From the NCBI RefSeq assembly GCF_001194135.2, contig NC_068981.1, positions 75,692,306 to 75,735,724 of the forward strand: 43,419 nucleotides of DNA. The letters run 5' to 3'. Positions 1 through 14,220 of the stretch are shown piece by piece. The position numbers and the translations under genes are program-made. The notes under the pieces are model-generated. The model was not told the origin of the DNA, made no database searches, and saw only the letters and a list, made by a program, of their open reading frames with translations. This DNA comes from Octopus bimaculoides (Eukaryota). The first letter of the stretch is position 1; every line of letters begins with the position of its first letter.

Positions 1-49
1 TATATATATATATAAGTACACCGGCACACATACACATACAAATAGAAAT

Positions 50-90
<41 letters not shown>

Positions 91-1108
91 TATGTAGATA
101 CCTATATACATACAAACATACATACAAACATGCACAGAAGCATTCATATAAATATATACATATACACACACCTATACGCCCATACATATATGTCATCAAT
201 GTTTATCTATCTGAGAGTGTATATATGTATGTATAGTTATTTAGTTGTAAGTGAATCTGAAAAGATATACGGAAAATATCAGTCATAAATCTAATCTTCA
301 CAAAAAGCAAAACGAATAATATCAATATTTCACTTCCGCCTCTTCTATTTCTTTAGATATTCGGCTTATGTCATTTTTACTCTCTCTTCGTGTGGAATAA
401 ATAAATTAATAAAAATATAAGTATCAAGTGTTTTCTTATTCTCTCAGTGTAGTTTTCTTCCTAGCACCGAAATATATCACTTAATTTAATATATCATAAA
501 TAAATAAACGTGTGACGGATTTCGTCTCCAGCGATGGGAGAACACACACGTCTTCTCTCATTTATCACTGACATTGACAACCACTTCGGTTCGGTTCTGA
601 CAAAAATAAATAAATTAATGAATAAATAAATTTAGGAGGAGGACAAATCGATAATCCATGAATCATCAGCACTGAACTTTGTTTGACTTGCTAGTATGAC
701 GTGGTTTTCTTTATTGAAAGATTCCGGGAAGTGTAAGGGAACATCAAACTGGAAACTCCTCCTTACTGATAATAGAGAAATATTTGATAGGCACATTCTC
801 GTTATCCATCTACCACTTGTCACTCGTATTTCTATATGTGAGAAAAAAAATACAAAATTGAAAAAAGAAAGAGAGAAAGAAAGATAGAAAGAGAAGCTCA
901 TAACAAGTGAAATAGGAATGAAATGATGTTCTAGAAAAGTTTTCTCTGAAAGTAGTAATTTCGAAAGTCGATGCAAGTGCCTGAAATCCAAGAGAACCTA
1001 GTGAACGATCGTAATTTATTAACAGAAACTGTTTATACTGGAGCTACAACGTAGCAGTAGAGGTATAATGAATGGGAGGAATGACTGCAAACAAGATTTC
1101 AGATATTT

Positions 1109-1109
<1 letters not shown>

Positions 1110-1162
<53 letters not shown>

Positions 1163-1205
1163 CATCTATCTATCTATCTGTCTGTCTGTCTGTCTGTGTG
1201 TCTGT
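1110..1205. repeat. (CTAT)n grading into (CTGT)n microsatellite
   Basis: Direct reading of the tandem units. Confidence 0.95.
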
Positions 1206-1451
1206 CGGTCTGTGGTTGCGTCATAAGAATATATAAACCTTCGAGAGAATGTGAAATAATTTTGTTTTGTTCTTGGAACTGGATGTCGAACCACAATTAC
1301 AGGTATAAATAATAGCATGAATATGTTGGAATTAAAAATTCTTTTGTTGAGAAAATGTCGAAGGCTGCTCGTGGGACTCGAAACCACATCACCTAGGGAC
1401 ATGCACACAGTCGTACAGTTCAAACATAGCGAACATGTTATTAATTCTCTC

Positions 1452-1663
1452 ATGAGGCGGTAGTGAATAGTTCCTGGCTTTAAGGATATCGCGAAAAGTA
1501 TGGATGGAGGTTTAACCTTCGAGTTCTTTTACGGGACTTGGTAAAGCTGAAGGACCGGTGCAATAAGTGTCTGAACCTGAGAGGAGAATATGCTGAATAA
1601 AATCATGATTAACTGATCCTCCTGTACATTCTTTTACCCAGGAAATTTTCAGCACGACCTCAC
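1452..1663 (+). mobile_element. Mariner-derived MITE, copy 1
   Basis: Imperfect terminal inverted repeats ATGAGGCGGTAGTGAATAGTTCCTGG and CCAGGAAATTTTCAGCACGACCTCAC. Internal 1532-1600 reads RDLVKLKDRCNKCLNLRGEYAE*, resembling the mariner transposase C-terminus (KL..RW.KC...G.Y.E*). Aligns by eye with 38626-38832. Confidence 0.8.
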
Positions 1664-2079
1664 ACAATGTTTGAAAAAATATTTCAAAATTGAACAAATA
1701 TTAAATGTGTAAGTCTTTGTTGCTTAATGAATTAGTTTCTGCAACTGATTAATAAATATGAATGTTGATCCATTCCTGTATCCTAGAAATATACATTTGA
1801 GCTCGAACTCTCAATTTGTGCCGTAAATTAACGTATACGCAGCCGTAGATAATTTACAAATATGCAGAAAAACAATTCTTAATGAATTGTTAGGTTTCAT
1901 CTTTTCTGTAAAATTTTGCTTGCAGCTGTCATATAGGAAGTACACTTTAGGGCTTCCATGAAACACTATCTCTCAACAGAGAAGTACCTGCATAGGTTTT
2001 CGAAAGTATATACAGCAACAACCTGATCGTCTTTGTGAGAGTTGTAACAATGATGAATATACATCAGTGGTTATATAGG

Positions 2080-2345
<266 letters not shown>

Positions 2346-2544
2346 GTATATGTGTGCTTGTTGGTATGTACACACCAACCCACACACATACATATACATC
2401 TATATCCATTCAGAAACATACACACACATATTTGATATTATCCGATGGGTTTCATTTATGGAGCTCAGATATGCAATCTTTGTATTGTGCATTTACCAAG
2501 CATCACCGCAAACTGCCTTTCACTTTATCTTTTTCAACACACAT

Positions 2545-2584
<40 letters not shown>

Positions 2585-3095
2585 AGGCGCACGCACACAC
2601 ATAGGAAAACACTCACAGAGATAGACGCACGTACACACATAGGAACACAGTTATGCATATATTTATATATTCATACACATATATTTATAAATATATCTGC
2701 ATACAATTACATACGTATGTACACGTACACTCAATATTAGAAACATGTATATTTATTTAGAAAATATATAAACAGATCAATACACGTCCGATGTGTTATA
2801 GAATCGGTGTTTTTCAAATTTAGATTTCCGCTTTTTCATTTTCTCATTCCATTCATTTTTCTGATCGCCTTATCAACAGATTTCATATGCATTTACAAAC
2901 ATTGCCCGTAAACAAATCTATATATTTCCTACCCTTTCTCATTATCTGATCTTACAAAATAATATAAATGTATAGAAAATCTTCTAATAGACATACGTAT
3001 TTTTAATGTATCCGATTCGTGTATTGATTTTATATAACTATTTATTACCGGAGAAAATTTATATATACAAATATATGTTTGTGTGTGTGCGTATT

Positions 3096-3128
<33 letters not shown>

Positions 3129-3381
3129 NNNNNNNNNNNNNNNNNNNNNNNNNNNNNNNNNNNNNNNNNNNNNNNNNNNNNNNNNNNNNNNNNNNNNNNN
3201 NNNNNNNNNNNNNNNNNNNNNNNNNNNNNNNNNNNNNNNNNNNNNNNNNNNNNNNNNNNNNNNNNNNNNNNNNNNNNNNNNNNNNNNNNNNNNNNNNNNN
3301 NNNNNNNNNNNNNNNNNNNNNNNNNNNNNNNNNNNNNNNNNNNNNNNNNNNNNNNNNNNNNNNNNNNNNNNNNNNNNNNNN
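3129..3381. other. Assembly gap. Other gaps: 4220-4319, 5285-5484, 14480-14525, 15777-15823, 23458-23698, 27161-27648, 36622-37527, 38606-38623
   Basis: Runs of N. All except 27161-27648 abut (TA)n-rich tracts. Confidence 0.98.
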
Positions 3382-3444
3382 ATACATACACATACATATA
3401 CACACGATTTCACATCAGGAATCGTGCAACACAAATTGGTAAAC

Positions 3445-3487
<43 letters not shown>

Positions 3488-4329
3488 CAAATGTATATAC
3501 ACATACAAATGTATATATATATACATACATAAGCACACGGACACACACACACACACACAAACACATAGGTATATGTATGTAAAAAGTCAACATTTTTGTT
3601 TACTTTTCATTGTAATATAATTCTTTATATGGTAAAGAGGAATAAAAACGAAAATTCTTTTCAAATTTTAATGTCATTCCACCCCGTATCATTTTTACAC
3701 TATATGTTTCTTTCATACGAAAGGCTTGAGATTGTATACACGCTTCAGTTCGAGCGCGTGTGTGTTTGGAGGTATTTGTGTGTATCTGTACATATGTGTG
3801 TATGTGTTTGTGCGTGACTGCGTGCTCCTGTGCGCATGTGGTTTTGGGATGAAGAGAAACAGATTGTTACTTATTTATTTATTTCACGATATTGATTCTG
3901 CGCTCCTGTCTAAAACTTCTAGATAAAACAGTTCCTAGTTTATTTCTTTTACATATGCTCGTAAAGGAATGAAAAAAACAAGTAATATATTTATATGCAT
4001 GCACGAATCATATACTAGTATGCACCCCCATACGCACGCGCACACACATATTTGGAAATATACGCATCGAGATATATTAAGGTTATACATACATTTACAT
4101 ATATGTATCTTTGAATACGTATATTTCTCAACAATTATGCATTTATGCACTTTCCAAATGAATTCATATAGGTATATACACATATATGTGTTTAAGATTA
4201 TGTTTAATATATGTATATANNNNNNNNNNNNNNNNNNNNNNNNNNNNNNNNNNNNNNNNNNNNNNNNNNNNNNNNNNNNNNNNNNNNNNNNNNNNNNNNN
4301 NNNNNNNNNNNNNNNNNNNTATATACATA

Positions 4330-4365
<36 letters not shown>

Positions 4366-5599
4366 ATCATTCATATATATATATATATATAACAGGGAAT
4401 CATACTGTCTATATGTACCTGTGTATATACACGCACACACGCACACACACAAACACACACACGCACACACACACATACATACACACAGTTTAAAGGCTGA
4501 GCGAGTGAAAAGAAAATTTGTCTTCTTGATGGATATAAATAAATGCAAATACTTGTGTTAAAAATTAATGTTACAGGTGTAGTACACACTTAACTCTTTA
4601 ACGATCGTTCACAAAAAAAAAACATTATATGTAAATAGTTATGTTCTCATATACCCACATAAACACGCATATAGAAGTACACGGTCATTAAAACCCATAT
4701 GTATATACACACACACACATACACACACACATACACACACGCATACACACAAACGCATACACAACACTACATACTCACGCGTACAAATTTGGATAAACTT
4801 TAGTAATTTGGAATATGAAAAATCTGACCTGGTGTTTTCTGTCAATGAATCTACTACTAATATAAAACTTGGTCAGACTCTGAGCATATGTGTGTGTATG
4901 AGTGTATGTGCTTCTGTGTGTGTGTGATGTGTGTCTATATGAACGTACGTACATTTTTAAGTATGAATGGATGAATGTATGTATATGTGTGTATGTGTTT
5001 GGGAGGGCTTGTGACTGGGCGAATATCAATGAAACCATATGAGAATTGCAAATTGAGACAAATGAATACTAATACGTAAACATGTACTCAGAAGCACACA
5101 AAGAAAGCACACAAACACATACACACAAGCACACAAACACACACACACACATACACACAGGCACACACACATACACACAAACACACAAATACGCACAAAC
5201 ACATACGCATACGTAAATGCACATAGAACGTCTATAATCATGTATAGATACTCGTATGCACACACGTGTGTATGCATGTATGTANNNNNNNNNNNNNNNN
5301 NNNNNNNNNNNNNNNNNNNNNNNNNNNNNNNNNNNNNNNNNNNNNNNNNNNNNNNNNNNNNNNNNNNNNNNNNNNNNNNNNNNNNNNNNNNNNNNNNNNN
5401 NNNNNNNNNNNNNNNNNNNNNNNNNNNNNNNNNNNNNNNNNNNNNNNNNNNNNNNNNNNNNNNNNNNNNNNNNNNNNNNNNNNNTATATATGTATATATG
5501 TATGTATGCTTGCATGCATGTATATATGTATGTATGTATGTATGTATGTCATTATTTAGTTTATTTCAAGATTTATTGGATCTAACCTAGATCCAAGGT

Positions 5600-5810
5600 T
5601 CCTTCATTGGAACTTGAACATCAACAACAGGGTATTTTTGTTTGTATGTATGTATGTATGTATGTATGCACGCATGCATACATATATGTATGTACGCATG
5701 TATGTACGCATACATATATTATGTACGCATGTATGTATGTATGTATGTATGCAAGCATGTATGTGCAGATTTGTGTGTTTTATGTATGTACGTATGTTTG
5801 TATATGTACA
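5600..5810. repeat. Degenerate (TATG)n microsatellite
   Basis: Direct reading. Confidence 0.85.
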
Positions 5811-5982
5811 TCTGAACTTCCTCAGCCTGTCAACTGACATACAGTATTAGTTTCCTAAAATGTTGTCATGTGCCCTCCTTCTTAAACTTGCCCTGAAATT
5901 ACATCGAAATGTAACCATGCGTGCTCGTTCTCAATCATCCATACTCATGCATACTTATATTCACAGAGAAGCAAACACCCTG

Positions 5983-5984
<2 letters not shown>

Positions 5985-6045
<61 letters not shown>
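5985..6045. repeat. (CT)n microsatellite
   Basis: Direct reading. Confidence 0.95.
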
Positions 6046-6048
<3 letters not shown>

Positions 6049-6326
6049 CAGACACACATGCACAAGTATATACACAAACACAGACACACATTCACAAGCA
6101 TACACACAAACACAGCCACACGCACGTATATAAATACCTGCAAACAACAGACAAACATTTACACATTCACACACACACATATCTCCAGGCGTATCCATAT
6201 ATCCTTCTTTGAAAAGAGTTGCTGGTAAAAGAAAAAAAGGTGATGACCTTTGGGCTTCCCTCGCTATGTGGTGATTTAGGGCAAGAACTAAGATAACATG
6301 CTAAATGCCAAAACACGACATAGATC

Positions 6327-6348
6327 GTTATCATCATCATTGTCATTG

Positions 6349-6383
<35 letters not shown>

Positions 6384-6408
6384 GTCATCATCATCACCAT
6401 CATTGTCA
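6327..6408. repeat. (CAT)n microsatellite
   Basis: Direct reading. Confidence 0.95.
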
Positions 6409-7559
6409 TTCGTTCAGAATCATCAGAATCTTCGTAACTATAATCGACAACGAAACTTAGAAATAAAAGGAATAGACGCTACAACAATAATTGACATTAA
6501 AGAGAGCAATGGGAGGAATTCGTCTTAAAACCTTCCGCGTGTAAATGTCAACTGAAATCCTCAAGAAATTAAAATGAAGATGATGATAGTCATCGTCATG
6601 ATGCCCAATCGAGATGCCATAAAAAGAGACAATTTGTTAGTATATAATTTCTCTCTGTATCTTACCAGTCATCCTTCTTCACACACACGCTCACACAAAC
6701 ACATACATGCTCTCTCTCTTTTTCTCCCTTTTCTCTCTTGTTTAGTTTACTTCCTTATTAAGCCTTGCTCAGAGATAACACCAATCGTATGTAGAGTAAG
6801 AATCCAATTAGTAAGGGTTTAAGTTCTTGAAGAATGCTGGGATGATACAGAGGGGAAAAAAATTAGAAGAATCCTGTTTTAACGAGACAGATGAGAGGAA
6901 AAGGAGGTTAATAATTGTAGTGAAAGTACAATTGGAACTTTAAGTAGAATTAGAGAGGTCATCTAATTAGTTCAACAACATCAGTGGCTTGCTAATTTGT
7001 CGATACTATACGGATATAGAAGAGTGTAAGAAGACTTGTTATGTTTGGTTAAACAGTTTGTTGAAAAAAGACTACTAATGTTAACTGGCCGTGTGAAAAA
7101 CATTACTATAATATTATGTATCATCGGAAAACCCACTGAAGGAAAATTCCTTCTACAGGCAATGTCAATTGACAGGAAAAGTGAGTTTATCTGAGCACTA
7201 TCATTTTATCACTAGAAACAAATCCTTTTGAACATGAAATTTCAGAGCCATCTTTCTCGGACTACGAGCGACTACTATCATATCGATAATTTCAGATATT
7301 AACGACTGGTATGCTTTTATAATATGTCTGCCCAATAACAACTAGACAGGGAATGGACAGCAATAGCAATTCCGTTATTTACTTTGCATTTCTGAAAGAC
7401 AATATTTTAAAGGTAAAGCAGGATGTATATTGTATAGTTGTTGAAGTTAAACAAAAGAATACTTGCGATCGAGCAGACCATGAAAGATATGTCTTGCCGT
7501 AACCACACTGTCTTATTATTATTATTAGTATTTTTTTTTCATATAAGGAACTGTAGCAA

Positions 7560-7782
7560 GGCGGCGAGCTGGCAGAAACGTTAGCACGCCGGATGAAATG
7601 CTTAGCGGTATTTCGTCTGTCTACATTGTGAGTTCAAATTCCGCCGAGGTCGAATTTGCCTTTCATCCTTTCATCCTTTCAGGGTCGATAAATTAACTAC
7701 CAGTTGCGTACTGGGTACGATCTATTCGACTGGCCCCCTCTCTAAAAATTTAGAGCCCTGTGCCTAGAATAGAAAATAATAT
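7560..7782 (+). mobile_element. tRNA-derived SINE, family A, full length
   Basis: Head GGCGGCGAGCTGGCAGAAACGTTAGC with a box-B-like GAGTTCAAATTCC; many matching copies in the window. Confidence 0.9.
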
Positions 7783-8404
7783 AAGGAACTGCAGTGTTCA
7801 ATTTATTGTATCCTTCCTCTTACAACACTTCGAAATCTGTAATTTGAGTTCGATTGACCGCTCAGTGTTTGTGTTTCTCTTTGCCACGATCAAGCAAATT
7901 TTTGCGCGCGCGTCAGCATGTTTGTGAGTAGTCTATGTATATGTGTGTGCGAGCGTGTGTGTGTGTGTGTGTATGTGTCTACGTTTGTGTTTGTGTATGA
8001 ATGTGACCATTATTCGATGTACGTGTATGTTACTGTGAATCGATATATTAGTATTTGTTACGTGTTTTGAAGGCTTTTACATGTAAGTTTTATCAGGTTA
8101 AACTACCATGTAGAGACTAGGTTACTGGTTTCACAACAGTTAATCCCTCATGGAACATGTCTATAATAAAATGCATTCCAAGCATAAACTTCCGATGCAC
8201 TTTTATATTAGACGTGTACTTCTGTTTGTCGCTACTTCACAACGATGTTTTGTTCCATTAAACACCTCCACCAATAGTAGCAAAATGTAGTTAGAGTTGT
8301 AGAATAGCACTATATCGTCCAATTCCAATGGACCACGCCACTCTCATAGGAATTTGCTTCACACTTCCCTTTAATATACGCGCGTATATATGATATATTT
8401 ATAT

Positions 8405-8622
8405 CATCTTTTCTATTCTATGCACAAGGCCCGAAATATTTTAAAGGTAGGGAGCCAGTCGATTTGATCGGCCTCAGTACGCAAATGGTACTTAATTTAT
8501 CGACCTCGAAAGGATGAAAGGCAAAGTCGACCACGGCGGAATTTGAACTCAGAACGTAAATACAGACGAAACACCGCTAAGCATTTCGCTCGGCGTGCTA
8601 ACATTTCTACCAGCTCGCCGCC
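8405..8622 (-). mobile_element. SINE family A, full length
   Basis: Reverse complement matches 7560-7782 along its length. Confidence 0.9.
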
Positions 8623-9255
8623 TTAATATATTCATATTTTAACGGGTTTATTAACATATGTATGTATATGTGTGCGTCTCTAGGCGTGCGTGCAGGTTTA
8701 TTTGTGTGTGTGTGTCTGTGCGTGTGAGCGCGCATGCGTGTGCTTATAGTGAGATGAAGATGGAGTAGTTGGATGCACAGAATATTGGGCAGGATTCTTT
8801 ATCTTTTTTTTTTATTTGTTTCGTTTGTTCCCATCCGCCATATGCATATGTTTTCTTTATTCTTCCGTCTTCTTTTAAAATGCTCTAATTCTAAAGAAAA
8901 TGCGTTTACATTCTGAATAAAAGAGCCACATCTTTTGATCATGCTGGTATTACGATAATAAAAATACGTTTAGACCAGATAAATAGAAACAATACAATTC
9001 TTTTCCAGAGTGCGCGTGCCTTGATCTAATCACAATTCTTAAGCGACAACTAAGGCAAGTGAGAGCCTCGTAGCTTGTGAGTTAATCCAGATTTGTGAAC
9101 GAGAAATCTCACTGAAAATATAAAGCGGTGTTATTTATTTTGTGTTGCTTTCTACTATGTCACTCACACTCATTCGTTAAATAACAATCGGTCCAGCAAA
9201 ATAAACATCAACTAAAAGAATTGTAACAGCAGCTCCAATATTGTAGAAGTGATAA

Positions 9256-9470
9256 GGCGGCGAGCTGGCAGAAACGTTATCACACCGGACGAAATGCTTA
9301 GCGGTATTTCGTTTCTCTTTACGTTCTGAGTTCAAATTCAGCCGCAGTCGACTTTGCTTTTATCCTTTGGGGTTGAAAAATTAAGTACCAGTTGCGTACT
9401 GTGATCGATCTAATCGACTAGCCTCCTCCAACCAACATTTCGGGTCTTGTGCCTAGAGTAGTAAATAATA
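9256..9470 (+). mobile_element. SINE family A, full length
   Basis: Same head, box B (GAGTTCAAATTC) and body as 7560-7782. Confidence 0.9.
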
Positions 9471-12400
9471 TTATAGAAGTTCTTATTCAAGAATAAGATT
9501 TATTAATACAGCCTTACTATGAAAAAAAAAAAAAAAAGAAGGAAAAACAGGAAAAGAAAACGCATGTGAAGGTGGTTCATATCGGCTGTTTGCCTTCAAA
9601 GCATTATTTAATGATTGCTTCCCTTTTAATATGGGTTCAGTTTCTTCCGTTCCTTTATGAACCTTCATGTATTTATTTATATTTTCATTAATTTCATGGG
9701 CATAAACAGCTTCACCGAGCGATGACCTCAAAAGTCGGTGCTTGACTAATCTTTGTTTTTATTTATTTTATTTTTTACATTTCTGTTCACGTCTTTGGCG
9801 TGAATAAGTGTCTCGATCAATTTAACAGACTTACGCTTGTTCAATGGCAGGGGACAGTGGGAAGAATAGGGTTATTTCAACTTCATTTCTTTTGTTATTA
9901 GACACACATACGTATGCACAAACATGCACAGTAATTTAGTCTCATATTTCTGACTGTATGTGTATATGTGTGTATAAATATATTTACATGTATATGTTTA
10001 TATATATTATTACACACACACACACGCACAAACACACACAGAAACACACACACACACATATATAAATCTTTAAGTAGCTTCAGCATGAGAGATGCAGCAA
10101 AGCTGGGGCACCACCGTTCTGTGTGTGTGGGGGGGGGGTATATATATTATTATTATTACTTTCTGCTACTTCATAGATTCGCTTCTCTTACCCTTGGTTT
10201 TTTATCTTTCCGTTAGCGATATCCCTGCTAGTTATATTAACAAGAGTGCTTTTTGCATCAAAAACCAATATGAGAATATAGTTCGTAGTAACAGAACACC
10301 CATGTTTAAGTCTTTATGCCTGCATTTTACTGAGATTTCAAAGTTAAATGTAACTAATATAATTTCATATTATAGGTGAGTACTTTCGAGATCACCGTAA
10401 CTTCTTTATTTATTTTTCGGCCTGCGATTGAGTACTGCTTTCCCAACGATATCGGCCTATCGTTTTATTATCGAACAGCTACTTATAATGTCGGTTTTAT
10501 ATTAAGCTGTTAGTTCTTCAGGTCATATAGATATTTTCACATCTAGGGGTTTTACATGTGTCACTTACTTTCTGTATATTGATTTATTTTGTTGTTTTCC
10601 TGTTCCAAGATTGCAATGTCCCACAAATTAAGGAATAATAAACTTGTTCTTTGTTCAAGACCGACTCCAAGTAAATATATATATACACATAATACATCTG
10701 CTGCACATATTTATATATACTGTGTTCATGTATGATATCGTGACTCCGATGTCTTCTGATAATATAGTTATAAATAACTTTCTACTGAAAGTAGAATGCA
10801 TACCATCTGCTGATCTGTTGCTATATAGCACAGCATAATCTCTGTGTATTTTTTTTGCGTATATTCCCGCTGTATCTCTCTCACCATCAGTCAGGTTATC
10901 ATTTTCGAGGAGCCCCCTTTTTTATGCTCATGACACTATTTGCATAATTAATGCACTTGATCCATGGATGCACTTCGACACTTGGTGTTTTATGGATAAT
11001 TTCGAAGGGATATGATGCGATATTTAAATGTTATTGAAATCGATATTTAGCATCAGCTTCCTAATTATCGATTTATGTAGTGGAGATCAGTATCATTAAT
11101 GATGCCAAAATTTCCGATGGAAGTTAATAGATTTAAGTTTTAATATGAACGGCTTGGATACCATATCGCATCCAATCGAGAATTACAAATAATAGCATGT
11201 TACGGCAAACACATTGCGAGTAGCAAATTTATTTCATGAACAGAAATCTGTGAATATTTGCTTTTATTAAATAGTTATGTTCCGTGTTTAGGTCTTTCCT
11301 GTATAAATCTCATGAATAAGAACATTATATTCATTCGTAGGTACCTGCAGTATTCCTTGGCGTATGTCTGATAAGAGCTAGATTAATACTGATGTTGCTC
11401 AGAAGACAATATTGCTGTTTTTAGATTTTCTATGTTTTTTAATCAAGTTTGAGCCTTGGTTTCACGCCATCCCTGCAACAGTTGAAAGTTCAAAATCACG
11501 GCAATTCTTTTTTATTTTATAGGTATTTTTGTCATATATTTTCAGTTCGCCCGCAAAGAAGTTCGTATTAGATCAGTATTTCTGAGCTAGTTTTATACTT
11601 TACAGATTTTTCCAACAAAAGTATGTATATGAAGTTCATTGCAAATATAAAGAGCAACTCAGAAAAGTATGTCCGAAATATTGTTCCGCAGTTCAATCAG
11701 TGACCAACAAAAAAAAAAAAAGAGAAGCAGGAAAGAAAAAGAAATGCAGAAAAAATTACATTATTTCAGGATGATGGTATAGAACGACACTACGTTTCAT
11801 AAGACCTAATTATAGCTGATCTCATGTAATTCTGCAATTTGGAATAGTGAACCAAATACTAACAAACCAGCTGGATTACAATAAAATCCCTTGTAAGTTG
11901 ATGAACGTCTGAGATGTTCTTGCTTAGAAGTTTGCCAATCACTAATTTGTGTGCTCCATAGCAGATAGTTATAGTGTAACTGTACTGTTACTAACACAGC
12001 TATCCCAGCGATATGAAGACATTTTTTTTTAGAAATTGTTTTCTCATCATTACTTATGGCGAGCTACACTGATTCCAGTACAAAATTATGAGAAAATTTA
12101 TTGAAGTCTGATTTATGCGTTTCAGATTGGATAAGATTGCCTACTCACTTTCTTTCACATATTCTCGCAAATGTTTGCTTGCTAGTTATACTTTGTTTAA
12201 TGTTGTGGAAATAATAGAATTAAATCCTTCCCGCCGCTTTTTGTCAGCGATGTACAAAAGGCTATGAGGTCTACAAAACTTCGAATGTACCACTTCACAT
12301 ATTCGAATCAATAATAGAAAGAGGAAATGAAATGAGAGATGAAAATAAGCATAAAGATACGCGGTCTAGTGGTCACTTAAAAGGGAGGAAATTCTGGCTG

Positions 12401-12974
12401 GCTGGTTGATTTTTATTCGAGTGAATTCAAATGGAATGAATATCAAGGGTTAAAAAGGCTTTCCGCTAAGTACGCCAGCAAGTGGCACAGAAAAGGAAAA
12501 TATTCCATCTGAAAACAAAGCATAGAATATTAAGAACTAATACACTTCAGATAACGAAGTAGACTAGTCTCTTTCAAATTTCCTAGCAAAATACAAAACA
12601 TGTAATACGTGCTTCTTTAATAGAAAGTACAACCTGCTTCTTCAATGAGATGCAAGTAAAACTAAAACTGTCAAAATTTTTATCTAGAGATGTATGAAAT
12701 ATCAGGGCGAACTCAGTATGGTGAGTGGAATACCAAGAAAAATTGATGCAAACAGAGAGACAGGCGGGAAGAAACAATGAATGAAAATATGATATATAAC
12801 ATAATCAGAAGATTTCACTCACTGGAGTGATTTACATTGAACACAGAGCCTAAGTGACTTAAGTTACTGTTCGGAAGCTTTTGCAAAGACTGTCTGAACA
12901 AATTGAATAAAGTTTTAGAAACTTGCATGTTTTATTTGTATGCTTGTTTATGAATTTGATTCTCAATTCCGTAG

Positions 12975-13315
12975 TACTGCATTCAATACCCCAGGAGGGA
13001 AATTGGGCTAGTTTTTTCTACTGTTGATCGACGCTAACCAAAATATTGTGGCATTGTGAGTGAAAGTGGTAGACGTCTGTCGTATGTATGTATGTATGTA
13101 TGTATGTAAGAGGTATGAGATGTGTGGGTTCCGACCACCGCTTGGTCAAGTGTGTTGATTTGCGTACGTCTCGTAGCTTAGCAGTTCGGCAAAAGCGAGT
13201 ATTGAATCATGCCTTAAAAACATAAGCACTTCGGTTGATTCGTTCGACTAAAATCCTTTAAGGGATGCTCTTGCCCAGCATGTTCAATGAGTGAAATAAA
13301 AGTTAAGATAAAAGT
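12975..13315 (+). mobile_element. SINE family B, degenerate copy
   Basis: Segments such as GTGGTAGACG, CTTAGCAGTTCGGCAAAA and the 3' tail align with 38912-39315; internal (TATG)n. Confidence 0.65.
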
Positions 13316-13320
13316 TATAA

Positions 13321-13321
<1 letters not shown>

Positions 13322-13402
<81 letters not shown>
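13322..13402. repeat. (CA)n(TA)n microsatellite
   Basis: Direct reading. Confidence 0.95.
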
Positions 13403-14052
13403 GGATTTATATTTTTGGATTGCTATTTGGATACACAGCACCCTGCTGCTGAACATAAACTATAAAATCACTTTTTTTCATCTTATCGAACTTCGATACG
13501 GGAAACATTTAGAATTTTCTACGTCAAAAATCACTATTGTTTCTGAAAGTTGTATTTTATACGTTCTACGGGTTGCTCGAAGCCTACTATTTTCCTACAC
13601 CTCGGTCCTTGGATCTTATCTTTTACACACACAAGCGCACACACGTACACACACACTTATATACACGCATACACACGCTTATATAATGTATACATACATT
13701 GACACGCGCACACATAAACGCGCGCGCGCGCTCATATATAAAAAAGACATACACACATATATATATATAATTATATATGTATATGTGAATTATGTGGATG
13801 TGTAGTTTATATATGTAAAGTGAAACCGGTTAAGTTAATAAATACGTTTAAAACACTCCTGCATTGTCAGATTTTTTCCCTATACTTTTACTAATGTTGT
13901 AACTCCCAACTTTACTGTCTCATATATATATATATATATATAGGGAGAAAGGTAACTATATAAACTGTGGTCCATATATTTATACATTTAAAGAATAATG
14001 AGAAAATGCAGAGGTAATTAATAAAATATTATTTATTAACTTTTAAGTACGT

Positions 14053-14152
14053 CAACATCTCTGGCAGCTGTTTCGATTCAGTAATCTATAGATAATTGAT
14101 TTATAAAATTAAAATCGTTATAAGATGAATCTCTTCAGAGGTAGTAAAGATG
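14053..14152 (-). ncRNA. Type I minimal hammerhead ribozyme motif (left arm)
   Basis: Minus strand: CAUCU-UUACUAC-CU, CUGAAGA (14138-14132), stem II GAUUC/GAAUC with 47-nt loop, GAAA (14074-14071), CAGCUG, CC, AG-AGAUG. The cleavage triplet is GCC rather than GUC. Confidence 0.7.
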
Positions 14153-14220
14153 TACTGATTAGAAATACATGTTGAGATAACAGTTGCTGGCATTATCTCA
14201 ACATGTATTTCTAATCGGTA

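Noticed and set aside
505-551. Three-stem junction on minus with CGAAA...GUC
   Set aside because: The CUGANGA core is absent; likely chance.
1360-1420. Box-B-like GGTTTCGAGTCCC on minus
   Set aside because: No box A or matching family copy in the window.
7560-7650. tRNA-like heads of the SINEs as tRNA genes
   Set aside because: No complete cloverleaf; they continue into SINE bodies.
10560-11700. Scattered Penelope-like peptide hints on minus (TCKTPRC, KRGSSKMI, WMRY)
   Set aside because: Different frames, poor matches and inconsistent spacing; not supportable by eye.
13719-13730. (CG)6 run with Z-DNA potential
   Set aside because: Part of ordinary alternating purine-pyrimidine microsatellite.
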